Positions 1-11,594 of a stretch of 64,000 nt of DNA are shown here, in pieces. The stretch covers positions 110,362,001-110,426,000 of the forward strand of contig CM059432.1 in assembly GCA_030390025.1 (NCBI GenBank), in the 5' to 3' direction. The notes under the pieces were generated by a model, which worked only from the letters and a program-made list of their open reading frames with translations, did no database searches and had not been told where the DNA came from. The position numbers and the translations under genes were made by a program. The stretch's first letter is position 1. Every line of letters begins with the position of its first letter. The DNA is from Squalus acanthias. Its lineage: Eukaryota.

Positions 1-189
1 CTGCCTGAATGGGTTGTGGAGGCAGGAACCCTCACAACATTCAAGAAGCATTTGGATGAGCACTTGAAATGCCATAGCATACAAGGCTACGGACCAAATG
101 CTGGAATATGGGATTAGATTAGACAGGGCTTGCTGGCCGACGCGGACACGATGGGCCGAAGGGCCTCTATCCGTGCTGTATAACTCTAT
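1..189 (+). mobile_element. CR1 LINE 3' end; tail interrupted by a MITE
   Basis: C-terminal ORF2 codons (LPEWVVEAGTLTTFKKHLD) and a typical 3' tail ending ctgtataactctat. Confidence 0.85.
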
Positions 190-1082
190 GGGGGAGAAAT
201 TCAGTATCGCCCCATTTGGGGCGCAATTATCAGCCGGGCGCAAAGATTAGCGCCTGGCACTAATTATCGCCACCGACTGCAAACTTGACTTTTATCGCCC
301 CTGGAGGTGATTGCAGCGCTAAATCAGGCGCTTCACACCTGTCTTAAGGCGCAAAGGCCGAGGAGCGAGGCGCTACCTCAGAGCGCTGGCGAAGCTCATG
401 TAATGTCAGTCAGCAATGGAACACACACACAATGGCACGGGCCAGTTCTTGAAGGGGATGGTTAATCTTGCTTTCCATCCACATCCTGCTCATTGCAGCC
501 TTGAATCTCGGCCTGGAGAGACCTGCACATCAAATGTGCTGGAAAGAACAATGGAGAGTGCCAGGCAAAGAGCTCAGAGTGCAGCCCCCACAGTCTCTGC
601 TAAATCGATACAAGGAATGGCAAATCAAAATGAACCTGCAAAGTGCTGGTCAGTACCCAAAACTCCTTCACACAACGTTGAATCTCTCTAGAAGTCTCTC
701 CCTCTCTCTCTCAGAATGCGTAGTTCAAAAATGGCACCAACAATAAAAGGCAGGAAGCGGTCACCTTTAAATAGCGCTCCCCCTTTCCCTTCATGACTGC
801 AGAACGCTCCCCTCAACCTGTCGTTGCTAGCGTCAGGCGGTAAGGCAGGGGGCGCCACTCAATATCCGCTCCGGGGCGATACTGGGGCGTTGCGCACTCG
901 AGTGACGTCATGATCTGCCGGCGCAGGAGATCGTGGCGATAGTGTTAAGCGCCGCCGCAAAATGTCTAGTTAATTTTGCGAGCGGCGCAAACTTCGCCGC
1001 GCCTGGGCGCTAGATGCTTTGCGCCCCATTAGCGCCCTCTTAAGGCGCGAACAGGAGGCGCAACCAACTGAATTTTTCCCCC
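190..1082. mobile_element. Non-autonomous PIF/Harbinger-type DNA transposon (MITE family A, 893 bp)
   Basis: TIRs gggggagaaattcagt / actgaatttttccccc; 3-bp TSD TAT (187-189, 1083-1085); second copy at 23728-24620. Confidence 0.85.
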
Positions 1083-1089
1083 TATGACT

Positions 1090-2125
1090 ATCACTGTTCC
1101 CCAAATTCTCCCCCACTGAAACATTCTCCACTTGCCCCAATTCACTCCCCAGAACTAGATCCAGCACGGCTTCATTCCTCATTACCTGGAAACATATTGA
1201 TCAAGAAAGTTGTACACATTTCAGGAATTCCTCCCCCTCTTTTCCCTTTACACTGTTGCTATCCCAGTCTTTAGCAGGATTATTGAAGACCCCCATTATC
1301 ACTACTCTATAGTTCTTGCATCTTTCTGTAATTTGCCTGCAAATTTACTCCTCTATCTCCTTCCCACTATTTGGTGGCCTATAGTATACACCCAGTCGCG
1401 TAATAGCTCCCCTATTGTTCCTAGTTCTAACCAAACAGACTCTGTCTTTAGCCCCTCAGCTACATATACCCTCTCCAGTACTACAATCGTTACTTTGATC
1501 GATAATGCCACCCGCCTCCTTCCGTTTTTTCCTTTCCTATCTTTCCTGAATACCTCGTAGCCAGGAATATGAAGTTCCCAATCCTCCCCTTCTTTGAGCC
1601 AGGTCTCTGTTATTGCCACTATATCATAGTCCCAGATGGTGACTTGTACCTGCAGCTCACCAATCGTATTTACCATGCTCTGTGTATTTACGCACCTGCA
1701 CTCCAAACCCATCTTAGCCTGCCTCGCATTTGCTCCCTGTCTGATCCCTCCTATTTCTGAACTATTCTTTACTTGACTGCTATTTGCCTCTCCCAGTCCT
1801 TTGTGCACCTTGTATCTCCTCTCTAATGTTTCATCCTGGTGCCCATCCCCCAGCCAAATGAGTTTAAATCCTCCCGCACAGTACTAGTTAACCTTCCCGC
1901 AAGGACATTGGTCCCAGCTCTGTTGAGGTGAAATCCATCCATCTTGCACAGGTTCTGCCCCAGGAATCTAAAGTCCTCCCTCCTGTATCATTTTTCCAGC
2001 CATGTGTTAACCGGTCTTATCCTACTATTCCTATACTCACCAACACGTAGCACTGGGAGTAATTAAGAGATTACTAACTTTGAGTTCCTGCTTTTTAACT
2101 TCCTCCCTAGCTTTTGAAACTCTTT
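1090..2125 (-). mobile_element. CR1 fragment (end of ORF1 and the APE endonuclease region)
   Basis: ORF 1353-1808 contains YDIVAITETWLKEGEDWELHIPGYEVFRKDR; ORF 970-1182 contains LDLVL...ENLGNSD. Confidence 0.85.
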
Positions 2126-2526
2126 CATGAAGTAAAAGAGGGTTGATGCAGTGCACGTTGTTTACATGGACTTTCAAAAGGTAAAAGTACAACATAACAG
2201 ACTTATTCGGAAAATAGAAGCATACTGGATTAAAGGGGCGATGGCAACTTGGGTCCGTAATTGGTTCAGGGATAGGAGGTAGAGAGTAGTGGTGAATGGA
2301 TGTTTTTCTGACAGGAGAGAAGTATGCAGTGGGGTCCCCCAGGGGTTGGTATTAGGATCATTGCTTCTCTTGCTATCTACAAATGACCTGGACTTAGGTA
2401 TAGGGAGTACAATTTCCAAGTTTGCAGAACTTTACAATGTAGTAAATAAATAATGAGGAGGTTAGTAGCTGACTTCAGGAGGAGATGGATAGACTGGTGA
2501 AATGGGCAGACACATGGCAAATACAA

Positions 2527-2812
2527 CATTAAACCGAGGCTCCGTCTATGTCTCAGGTGGATGGAAAAGGTCCCAAGGCACTATTTCAAAGAGGAGAAGG
2601 GGAGTTATCCCCATGCCAATTTATTCCTCAACCAACATCACTAAAAACAGATTATCTGGTCATTATTGAATCGCTGTTTTTGGGACTTTGCTGTGTGCAA
2701 ATTGGCTGCCGCGTTTCCTACATTACAACAGTGACTACACTTCAAAACAAAAAGCGCTTTGGGACATCCTGAGGTTGTTAAAGGGGTTATATAAATACAA
2801 GTCTTTCTTTCA
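2527..2812 (+). mobile_element. 5'-truncated SINE, same family as 48041-48498
   Basis: Shares the body (aaattggctgccgcgtttcctacattacaacagtgactacacttcaaaa) and the tatataaatacaagtctttcttt tail. Confidence 0.8.
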
Positions 2813-3490
2813 TTTAATGCAGATAAGTGTAAAGTGTTGCACTTTGGGAGAAACAACATGGAGAGGCGGTATAATCTAAAATGGTACCATTTTGAGGGGG
2901 GTGCAAGAGAAAAGGGACCTGGGGCTGCATATTCACTAATCTTTGAAGGGGGCAGGGCAAGTTGATAAGGCGGTTATGAAAGCGTATGGGATACTTGGCT
3001 TTGTAAATAGGGGCACTGAATACAAAAAGTTAGGAAGTCATACTAAACATTTATAAGACACTGATGACTGATGAGGCTTCAGCTGGAGTATTGTGTCCAA
3101 TTCTGGGCACCACACTTTAGGAAGGATGTCAAGACCTTGGAGAAGATTGCAGAGGAGGTTTACCAGGATGATGCCAGGGATGAGGGAGTTCAGTTATGTG
3201 GAGAGATTGGAGAAGCTGGGAATGTTCTCCTTAGAGCAAAGAAGGTTAAGGGGAGACCCAATAGAGATATTCAAAATTATAGAGCAAGTCAGGAGAAATT
3301 GTTTCCTCTGGCAAGCAGGTCGGTAACCAAAGGTCATAGCTTTCAAATAATTGGCAAAAGAACTAGAGGGAAAATGAGGAGAAATTTCTTCACACAGAGG
3401 GTTGTCAAGATCTGGAACGCACGACCTGAAAGGGTGGTAGAAACAGATGCCATAGGAAATTTCAAAAGACAATTGGACATGAGCTTGAAA

Positions 3491-4348
3491 ATCATAGAAA
3501 ATTACAGCACGGAAGGAGGCCATTTCGACCCATCGTGTCCGCTGCCGGCCAACAAAGAGCTATCCAGCCTAATCCCACTTCCCAGCTCTTGGTCCGTAGC
3601 CCTGCAGGTTAGAGCATCCCAAGTACACATCCAAGTACTTGTTAAATGTGGTTAGGGTTCCTGCCTCTACCACCCTTTCAGGCAGTGAGTTCCAGACCCC
3701 CACAACCCTCTGGGTGAAGAAATTTCCCCTCAAATCCCCTCTAAACCTTCCCCCAATTACTTTAAATCTGTTCCCCCTGGTTTTTGACCCCTCTACTAAG
3801 GGAAATGGGTCCTTTCTATCCACTTTATCTATGCCCCTCATAATTTTATATACCTCAATAAGGTCTCCCCTCAGCCGCCTCTGTACCAAGGAAAACAGAC
3901 CCCGCCTATCCAGTTTTTCCTCATAGCCAAGATTCTCTACTCCCGGCAACATCATTGTAAATCTCCTTTGTACCCTCTCTAGTGCAATCACATCTTTCCT
4001 GTAATGTGGTGACCAGAACTACACGCAGTACTCTAGCTGAGGCCTAACTAGTGGTTTATACAGTTGAAGCTGAACCCCCTTGCTCTTGTATTCTATGCCA
4101 CGACTAATAAAGGCAAGCATTCCGTATGCCTTCTTAACCACCTTATCTACCTGGCCTGCTACCTTCAGGGATCTGTGGACATGCACTTCAAGGTCCCTTT
4201 GTTCCTCTACACTACTCAGTGTCCTACCATTTAATGTGTATTCCCTTTCCTTGTTAGCCCTCCCCAAATGCATTACCTCACACTTCTCCGGATTGAATTC
4301 CATTTGCCACTGTTCTGCCTACCTGACCAATTTATTGATATCTTCCTG
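3491..4348 (-). mobile_element. CR1 3' fragment
   Basis: ORFs 3569-3991 and 4019-4303 encode the CR1 ORF2 C-terminus; closely similar to the + copy at 43830-44075. Confidence 0.9.
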
Positions 4349-5699
4349 GACTAATTTGCAGGGTTATGGGGAATAATCTGGGGTGCAGGACTAAATTGGA
4401 CAGCTCTTTCAAAGAGGCACGACAGGCCGAATGGCATACTTCTGTTCTGCAAGATTCTATGATTCTATTAAATAACAAAAAAGTGTTCATGATGCAAGGC
4501 AAAATGAGGTGATAATGAAACAAGTATAGAAACAAAAGAAGGATCCAGAGAAGGTGTAAAAGGTTACAGCAGAGGATGAGGGTAGGATGGATCTCTGGCA
4601 AAGAGAAGGCTCCCGCGGCCCAGGAACGTGGCAAAGGAAAGGCAGGTAGACCCAAGGAGTGCAGACCACCGTTCTGGCGGTGTGGACCCCTACCTCAAGT
4701 ACTAGCCCACAACTCCTCCACTCCCAATGGCTCTGGTGCAGCCATCCTCCATTACCAGCACCTGCTGTCCGAGAGAAAATGGTTAAGGTCTAAAGTTGTT
4801 TAACTCAATTTTAAGGTTGGAAGGCTGTAAAGTGCCAAATAAAATGATGAGCTGCTGTTCCTCGAGCCTCCGCTGAGCTTCATTGGAACAGTGTAGAAGG
4901 CCAAGGACAGAGGTCAGAGTGGGAGTGGGATGGAGAATTAAAGTGGCGAGAGACCAGAAGCTCGGAGTCACACTTGCAGACTGAACGGAGCAATCACCCA
5001 ATCTGCGTTTGGTCTCCCCAGTGGAGCAGCAAATACAGTATACTAAATTGAAAGTACAACAAATAAATCGCTGTTTCATCCAGAAGGAGTGTTTGAGGCC
5101 CTGGACGGTGCGAAGGGAGGAGGTGAAAGGGCAGCTGTTGCACCTTCTGTGCTTGCAGGGGAAGGGGAGCAGTTTTTGGGGGCGATGGAAGAGTGGACCA
5201 GGGTGTCACAGAGGGAAAAACAAAGTTGATCAAAATGTCAGGGCGAGAGCAAGAAGCAGCACCAACAGAGTCATCAATGTACTTGGAAAGAAAAGACCCA
5301 TACGGGTTCCCATAGCGACACCTTCTATTTGAAGGAAGTGAGTAGAGTTAAAGGAAAAGTTGTTAAATGTTAGAACATGTTCGGCCAGGAGGAGGAAGTT
5401 GTTGGTGAAGCAGAAAGCCCACAGGCAATCCTGGTGAGGGATGGAGGTGTAGAAGGACTGGATGTCGATGGTAAAAAGGAGACGGTTAGGTCCAGGAAAC
5501 TGGAAATGGTTTAAGTGGTGGAGGGCATCGGAAGAGTCACAGATGTAGGTCGGAAGGGACAAGGGGAGAAAAGAGTTGAGATAGGAAGAAATAAGTTCCG
5601 TGGGGCAGGAACAGGCTGAAGTGATGCAACAACCTGGACAGCGCTGTTTCTGGATCTTGGGAAGGAGGTAGAAGCAGGCTATGCAAGGTTGGGGAATTA

Positions 5700-5925
5700 T
5701 AAGAACATAAGAAATAGGAGCAGGAATATGCCACTTGGCCCCTCGAGCCTGCTCCGCCATTCAATGAGATCTTGGGCTCAAAGGCACTTCCCAGCACGCT
5801 CCCCATAACCCTTCACTCCCTTATCTTGCAAAAATTTGTCTATCTCCACTTTAAATGTATTTAATGACCCAGCCGCCACAGCTCTCTGGGGCAGAGAATT
5901 CCACAGATTTACAACCCTCAGAGAA
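5700..5925 (-). mobile_element. CR1 3' tail fragment
   Basis: aagaacataagaaataggagcagg tail and the antisense of the NLWNSLPQRAV-coding region. Confidence 0.8.
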
Positions 5926-6150
5926 GGTGGGAGATCTCCAGAGCAGAGGAGGTCAGAGATGGTCTGGGAAATGATGGCTTGATGTTCGGTGGTGGGGTCA
6001 TGGCCCTGGGGAGGTAGGAGGAGATGTCAGAGAGTTGGCGTTCAACCTCCGCAAGATACAGGTCTTTTTGCCAAATAACACCACCACCTCCCTTGAGTCA
6101 AATGAGAAGCTGTTCAATGTGAGAGCAAGTTCAGCCAGGCAGAGGAGGGT

Positions 6151-9100
6151 TTTTTTTTTCTCGTTTATGCGATGTGGGCATCGCTGGCAAGGCCAGCATT
6201 TATTGCCCATCCCTAATTGCCCTCGAGAAGGTGGTGGTGAGCCACCTTCTTGAACTGCTGCAGTCAGTGTGGTGACGGTACTCCCACAGTGCTGTTAGGG
6301 AGTGAGTTCCAGGATTTTGACCCAGCGACGATGAAGGATCGGCGATATACTTCTAAGTCAGGATGGTGTGTGACTTGGAGGGGAATTTGGAGGTGGTGGT
6401 GTTCCCATGCGCCTGCTGCCCTTGTCCTTCTAGGTGGAGGAGGTCGCGGGTTTGGGAGGTGCTGCCGAAGAAGCCTTGGCGAGTTGCTGCAGTGCATCTT
6501 GTAGATGGTACACACTGCAGCCACAGTACGCTGGTGGTGGAGCGAGTGAATGTTTAAGGTGGTGGATGGGGTGCCAATCAAGTGGGCTGCTTTGTCCTGG
6601 ATGGTGTCGAGCTTCTCGAGTGCTGTTGGAGCTGCACTCATCCAGGCAAGTGGAGAGTATTCAATCACACTCCTTACTTGTGCCTTGTAGATGGTGGAAA
6701 GGCTTTGGGGAGTCAGGAGGTGAGACACTCGCCGCAGAATACCTAGCCTCTGACCTGCTCTTGTTGCCACAGTATGTGTGTGGCTGGTCCAGTTAAGTTC
6801 CTGGTTAATGGTGACCCCCAGGATGTTGATAGTGGGGGATTCGGCGCTGGTAATGCCATTGAATATCATAGGGAGGTGGTTAGACTCTCGCTTGTTGGAG
6901 ATAGTCATTGCCTGGCACTTCTGTGGCGCGAATGTTACCTGCCACTTATCAGCCCAAGCCTGAATGTGTCTAGGTCTTGTTGCATGCGGGCATGGACGGC
7001 TTCATTATCTGTGGAGTTGCAAATGGCACTGAACACTGTGCAATCATCAGCGAACATCCCCATTTCTGACCTTATGTTGGAGGGAAGGTCATTGATGAAG
7101 CAGCTGAAGATGGTTGGGCCGAGGACACTGCCCTGAGGAAGTCCTGCAGCGATGTCTTGGGGCTGTGATGATTGACTTTCAACCACCACAACCATCTTCC
7201 TTTGAGCTAGGTATGACTCCAGCCAGTGGAGCGTTTTCCCCGATTCCCATTGACTTCAGTTTAACTAGAGCTCCTTGATGCCACACTCGGTCAAATGCTG
7301 CCTTGATGTCGAGGGCAGTCACTCTCACCTCACCTCTGGAATTCAGCTCCTTTGTCCATGTTTGGACCAAGGCTGTAATGAGGTCGGGAGCTGAGTGGTC
7401 TTAGCGGAACCCAAACTGGGCATCAGTGAGCAGGTTATTGGTGAGTAAGTGCCGCTTGATAGCACTGTCGATGACACCTTCCATCACTTTGCTGATGATT
7501 GAGAGTAGACTGATGGGGCAGTAATTGGCCGGGTTGGATTTGTCCTGTTTTTTGTGGACAGGACATACCTGGGCAGTTTTCCACATTGTCGGATAGATGC
7601 CAGTGTTGTAGCTGTACTGGAACAGCTTGGCTAGAGGCGCGGCTAGTTCTGGAGCACAAGTCTTCAGCACGATAGCCGGGATGTTGTCGGGGCCCATAGC
7701 CTTTGCTGTATCCAGTGTGCTCAGCCGTTTCTTGATATCACGTGGAGTGAATCGAATTGGCTGAAGACTGGCTTCTGATGGTGGGGACATCGGGAGTAGG
7801 CCGATATGGATCATCCACTCGGCACTTCTGGCTGAAGTTGGTTGCAAACGCTTCAGCCTTGTCTTTTGCACTCACGTGCTGGGCTCCACCATCATTGAGG
7901 ATGGGGATATTCTTGGAGCCTCCTCCTCCAGTTAGTTGTTTAATGGTCCACCACCATTCACGACTGGATGTGGCAGGACTGCAGAGCTTTGATCTGATCC
8001 GTTGATTGTGGGATCGCTTAGCCCTGTCTATAGCGTTCTGCTTCCGCTTTTTAGCATGCATGTAGTCCTGTGTTGCAGCTTCCCCAGGTTGCACCTTTTT
8101 TTTTTGGTACGCCTGGTGCTGCTCCTGGCTTGCTCTTCTACACTCATTGTTGAACCAGGGTTGGTCCCCTGGCTTGGTGGTAATGGTAGAGTGAGGGATA
8201 TGCCGGGCCATGAGGTTACAGATTGTGGTGGAATACAATTCTGCTCCTGCAGATGTCCCACACGCCTCATGGATGCCCAGTTTTTGAGCTGCTAGATCTG
8301 TTCTGAATCTATCCCATTTAGCACAGTGGTAGTGCCACACAACACGATGGAGGGTGTTCTCAGTGTGAAGACAGGACTTCGTCTCCACAATGACTGTGCA
8401 GTGGTCACTGCTGCCAATGCCGTCATGGACAGATGCATCTGCGGCAGGTAGATTGGTGAGGACGAGGTCAAGTAGGTTTTCCCTCATGTTGGTTCTCTCA
8501 CCACCTGTCTCAGGCCCAGACTGGCAGTTATGTCCTTCAGGACTCGGCCAGCTTGGTCAGTAGTGGTGCTACCAAGCCACTCTTGGTGATGGACATTGAC
8601 GTCCCCCACCCAGAGTACATTCTGTGCCCTTGCTACTCTCCGTGCTTCTTCCAAGTGGTGTTCAACATGGAGGAGTACTGATTCATCAGCTGGAGGGAGG
8701 GCAGTAGGTGGTAATCAGCAGGAGGTTTCCTTGCCCACGCTTGACCTGAAGCCATGAGACTTCATGGGGTCTGGAGTCAATGTTGAGGACCCCCAGGGCC
8801 ACTCCTTCCTGACTGCATACCACTGTGCCACCACCCCTGGTGGGTCTGTCCTGCCGGTGGGACAGGACATACCCAGGGATGGTGATGGAGGTGTTTGGGA
8901 CATTGGCTGAAAGGTATGATTCTGTGAGTATGACTATGTCAGGCTGTTGTTTGACTAGTCTGTGGGACAGCTCTCCCAATTTTGGCACAAGTCCCCAGAT
9001 GTTGATGAGGAAGACTTTGCAGGGTTGACTGGGCTGGGTGTGCCGTTGCCGTGTCCGTAGCCGGTGCCGAGGTCGATGCCGAGTGGTCCGTCTGGTTTTA

Positions 9101-9400
9101 TTCTTATTATTTTGTTTCGTAGCGGTTAGTTACAACTGAGTGACTTGCTAGGCCATTTCAGAGGGCAGTTAAGAGTCAACCACATTGCTGTGGGTCTGGA
9201 GTCACATATAGGCCAGGCCAGGCAAGGACGGCAGATTTCCTTCCCTAAAGGACATTAGTGAACCAGATGGGTTTTTACGACAATCCGGTAGTTTCATGGT
9301 CACCATTACTGATACTAGCTTTTTATTCCAGATTTATTTAATTAACTGAATTTAAATTCCCCAGCTGCCGTGGTGGGATTTGAACTCACGTCTCTGGATC
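6151..9400 (-). mobile_element. Single-ORF LINE of the CR1/Jockey group (APE + RT, broken by stops and frameshifts) with a tRNA/SINE-like 5' head and poly(A) tail
   Basis: APE: NIWGLVPKLGEL...DIVILTES...RQDRPTRGGG, NLLDLVLTN, IGSSDH. RT: KAMGPDNIP, ANYCPISLLS, LDIKAAFDRVWH, PQGSVLGP, MFADD. B-box GTTCAAATC within 9376-9387; A-tail at 6150-6159. The flanks rejoin the Penelope sequence seen intact at about 32060-32090. Confidence 0.9.
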
Positions 9401-9895
9401 TGGTGGTGGATGGGGACTGGTTGGGCCTCTGTTCAAGGAAGAAGTGAAGCGCCCTCAGGCCGTCCTGGTGGGGGATGGAGGTGTAGAGGGACTGGACGTC
9501 CAGTGAAAAGGAGACGGTTAAGGCCAGGAAACTGGAAACTGTTAACGTGGCGGAGGACGTCGGAAGCATCGCGGATGTAGGTGGGAAGAGACTGGACAAG
9601 GGGAGAAAAAAGAGTCGAGATAGGAAGAGATAAGTTCCGTGGGGAAAGAACAAGCTGAAACGGTGGGTCTCCCGGGGCAGTCCTGTTTCTGGATCTTGGG
9701 AAGGAGGTAGAAACGGGCTGTGCGGGGTTCGAGGACTATGAGGTTGGCAGTTGTGGAAGGATGATTTCCAGAGAAAAGGTCAGTGGCAGTCTTGGAAACG
9801 ATGGCTTGATGTTCAGTTGTGGGGTCATGGTCCAGGGGGAGGTAGGAGGAGGTGGCAGAGAGTTGGCGTTCAGCCTCCACAAGGTTGGTTTGCCA

Positions 9896-10557
9896 TGTGA
9901 CTCGGCCAACGTTGTCTACCTCATACGTTGCAGGAAAGGATGCCCCGGAGCATGGTACATCGGCGAGACCATGCAGACACTGAGACAACGTACGAACGGA
10001 CACCACACAACAATCGCCAGGCAGGATTGTTACCTCCCAGTCGGGGAACACTTCAGCAGTCAAGGACATTCAGCCTCGGATCTGCGGGCTAGCGTTCTCC
10101 AAGGCGGCCTTCGAGACACACGACAACGCAAAATCATCGAGCAGAAACTGATAGCCAAGTTCCGCACCCATGAGGACGGCCTCAATAGGGATCTCGGGTT
10201 CATGTCACGCTACAGAAAGTGACTCGACATCGTTGTCTGTCTTTCCAGTTTTTTAAAAAAACACAAAAAAACACACACAAAAAACCCCCAAAAAAGGTCG
10301 ACACTGCAGACGGCAGGATTTGACACGTTGGACCCCCTGTGACCCATCTCATCGTCTTGGCTGTGCTCTGATGTGTCTTTGATGTAATGCCTCCCTGAAA
10401 GATTGCATCTCTGCAGACAAATTGCTTTCTGTGTTTATATACTGTGTAATAGATTCCCTCATTGTACCTTTACCTGACGAAGGGGCAACAGCTCCGAAAG
10501 CTCGTAATTTTAAATAAAACTGTTGGACTATAACCTGGTGTTGTGCGACTTCTCATT
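9896..10557 (+). mobile_element. 5'-truncated Penelope-like element of a second family (GIY-YIG domain and 3' terminus)
   Basis: CDSANVVYLIRCRKGCPGAWYIGETMQTLRQRTNGH...VGEHF...GLNRD; 7-bp TSD TTTGCCA (9889-9895, 10558-10564). Confidence 0.9.
10470..10508 (+). ncRNA. Minimal hammerhead ribozyme motif (Penelope-associated)
   Basis: CUGACGA-A-GGGGC-AACA-GCUCC-GAAA-GCUC: both core boxes, a 5-bp stem II and a palindromic AGCU in place of stem III. Confidence 0.7.
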
Positions 10558-11594
10558 TTTGCCAAACAACAACAGCGCCACCCTTGTCAGCAGGTTTAAT
10601 GACAATGTTGGGGTTGGATCTTAGAACGGAGTGCTGCAAGGTCAGAGGGCGGTAGATTAGAGCGAATGAGGGGAGCAGAGAACCTAAAACGGCCAATGTC
10701 ATGCCGGCAGTTCTCAAATAAAATATCAAGTGAGGATAAGAGGCCAGAGGGAGGGGTGCTGGTGGAATGAGAATTCTGCAGACAGCTGTGTGGGGTGCGT
10801 GCTTCTTGGCTCAAGGAGTGAGTGTGGAAGTGAAGGTGGTGGTAGAAGAGCTCGATATCATGTCAAACTCGAAATTCATTGAGGCTGAGAAGTGATCATT
10901 CAGGGTCAGAGGGGATAGTGAAAACATGAGAGAGTGAGATTGGAAGGAAGGATGGGGTCAGAAGAAAGTGAAGAGGAGGGAGGATTAGGAAAGGTGTTGG
11001 TGACGAATGAATCATTGATGTTCGCGGTCCTCGACACGTGAAAGGAAGTAAAAAAGCTTTTTGTTGAAGAACCAGATGAGGTGAAGGATGAAATGGAATG
11101 GAGGACCAGGACAGCAATGAAACAAAATGAGTTGGTGCTGCTGAAGAGAGAGGTTGAGAGCATGCATGTAGCGACACACGGTGTTAGGCGTGGATTTCAG
11201 GAAGCGGCGAGAGCAGTGGTTAGAGAAACACCTCTATCCCCCACCAGAACGGTCCCCTTTTTCCTTGAATGGCGGTCCAACGAGTCCCCATCCACCAGGA
11301 ACTTGTTCTCACATTGAACAACTGTTCCTTTAACTTCTCACCAGACCCGCTCCATCTACTTGGGCCGGGTAACGTGCTGGGCGGGCTTAATAGACCCCAT
11401 TAAGGGAAGTTCATTTTCAACAGCGGGATGGAGCCAGAAGTGGGGTCGCGACCCACCAAGGACACCGGCCACACTGGACCCACCCAGGTCAGGAAAATTC
11501 CTGCCGGTGTCTCCCTTCACAGATGCTGCCTGACCTAATGAGCATTGCGAGCATTTTCTGTTCCTATTTAACTCAAATCCTTGAAATCTATTCA

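Larger units (their letters stand above)
2126..4470 (+). mobile_element. Decayed CR1 RT and 3' region, interrupted by a SINE (about 2527-2812) and a minus-strand CR1 (3491-4348)
   Basis: Degenerate VYMDFQK and GVPQG motifs; LEYCVQFWAPHFRKD at 3071; tail resumes at about 4349. Confidence 0.8.
4783..11220 (-). mobile_element. Decayed Penelope-like element pieces (RT and GIY-YIG) carrying several later insertions
   Basis: HCSNEAQRRLEEQQLI...LQPS (GIY-YIG C-terminus), GVAMGTRMG, RTARFYLLPKIQKQDCPGRP, SLDVQSLYTSIPHQDGL. At least two overlapping fragments; boundaries approximate. Confidence 0.8.

Noticed and set aside
416..746. Duplicated ORFs (MEHTHNG..., MLSIHIL...) also at 23954-24487
   Set aside because: They lie inside MITE A copies; stop positions differ between copies for one frame and there is no recognisable domain.
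11240..11506. MITE ending aggaaaattcctgcc
   Set aside because: Only one terminus is visible and there is no TSD, so it is not called.
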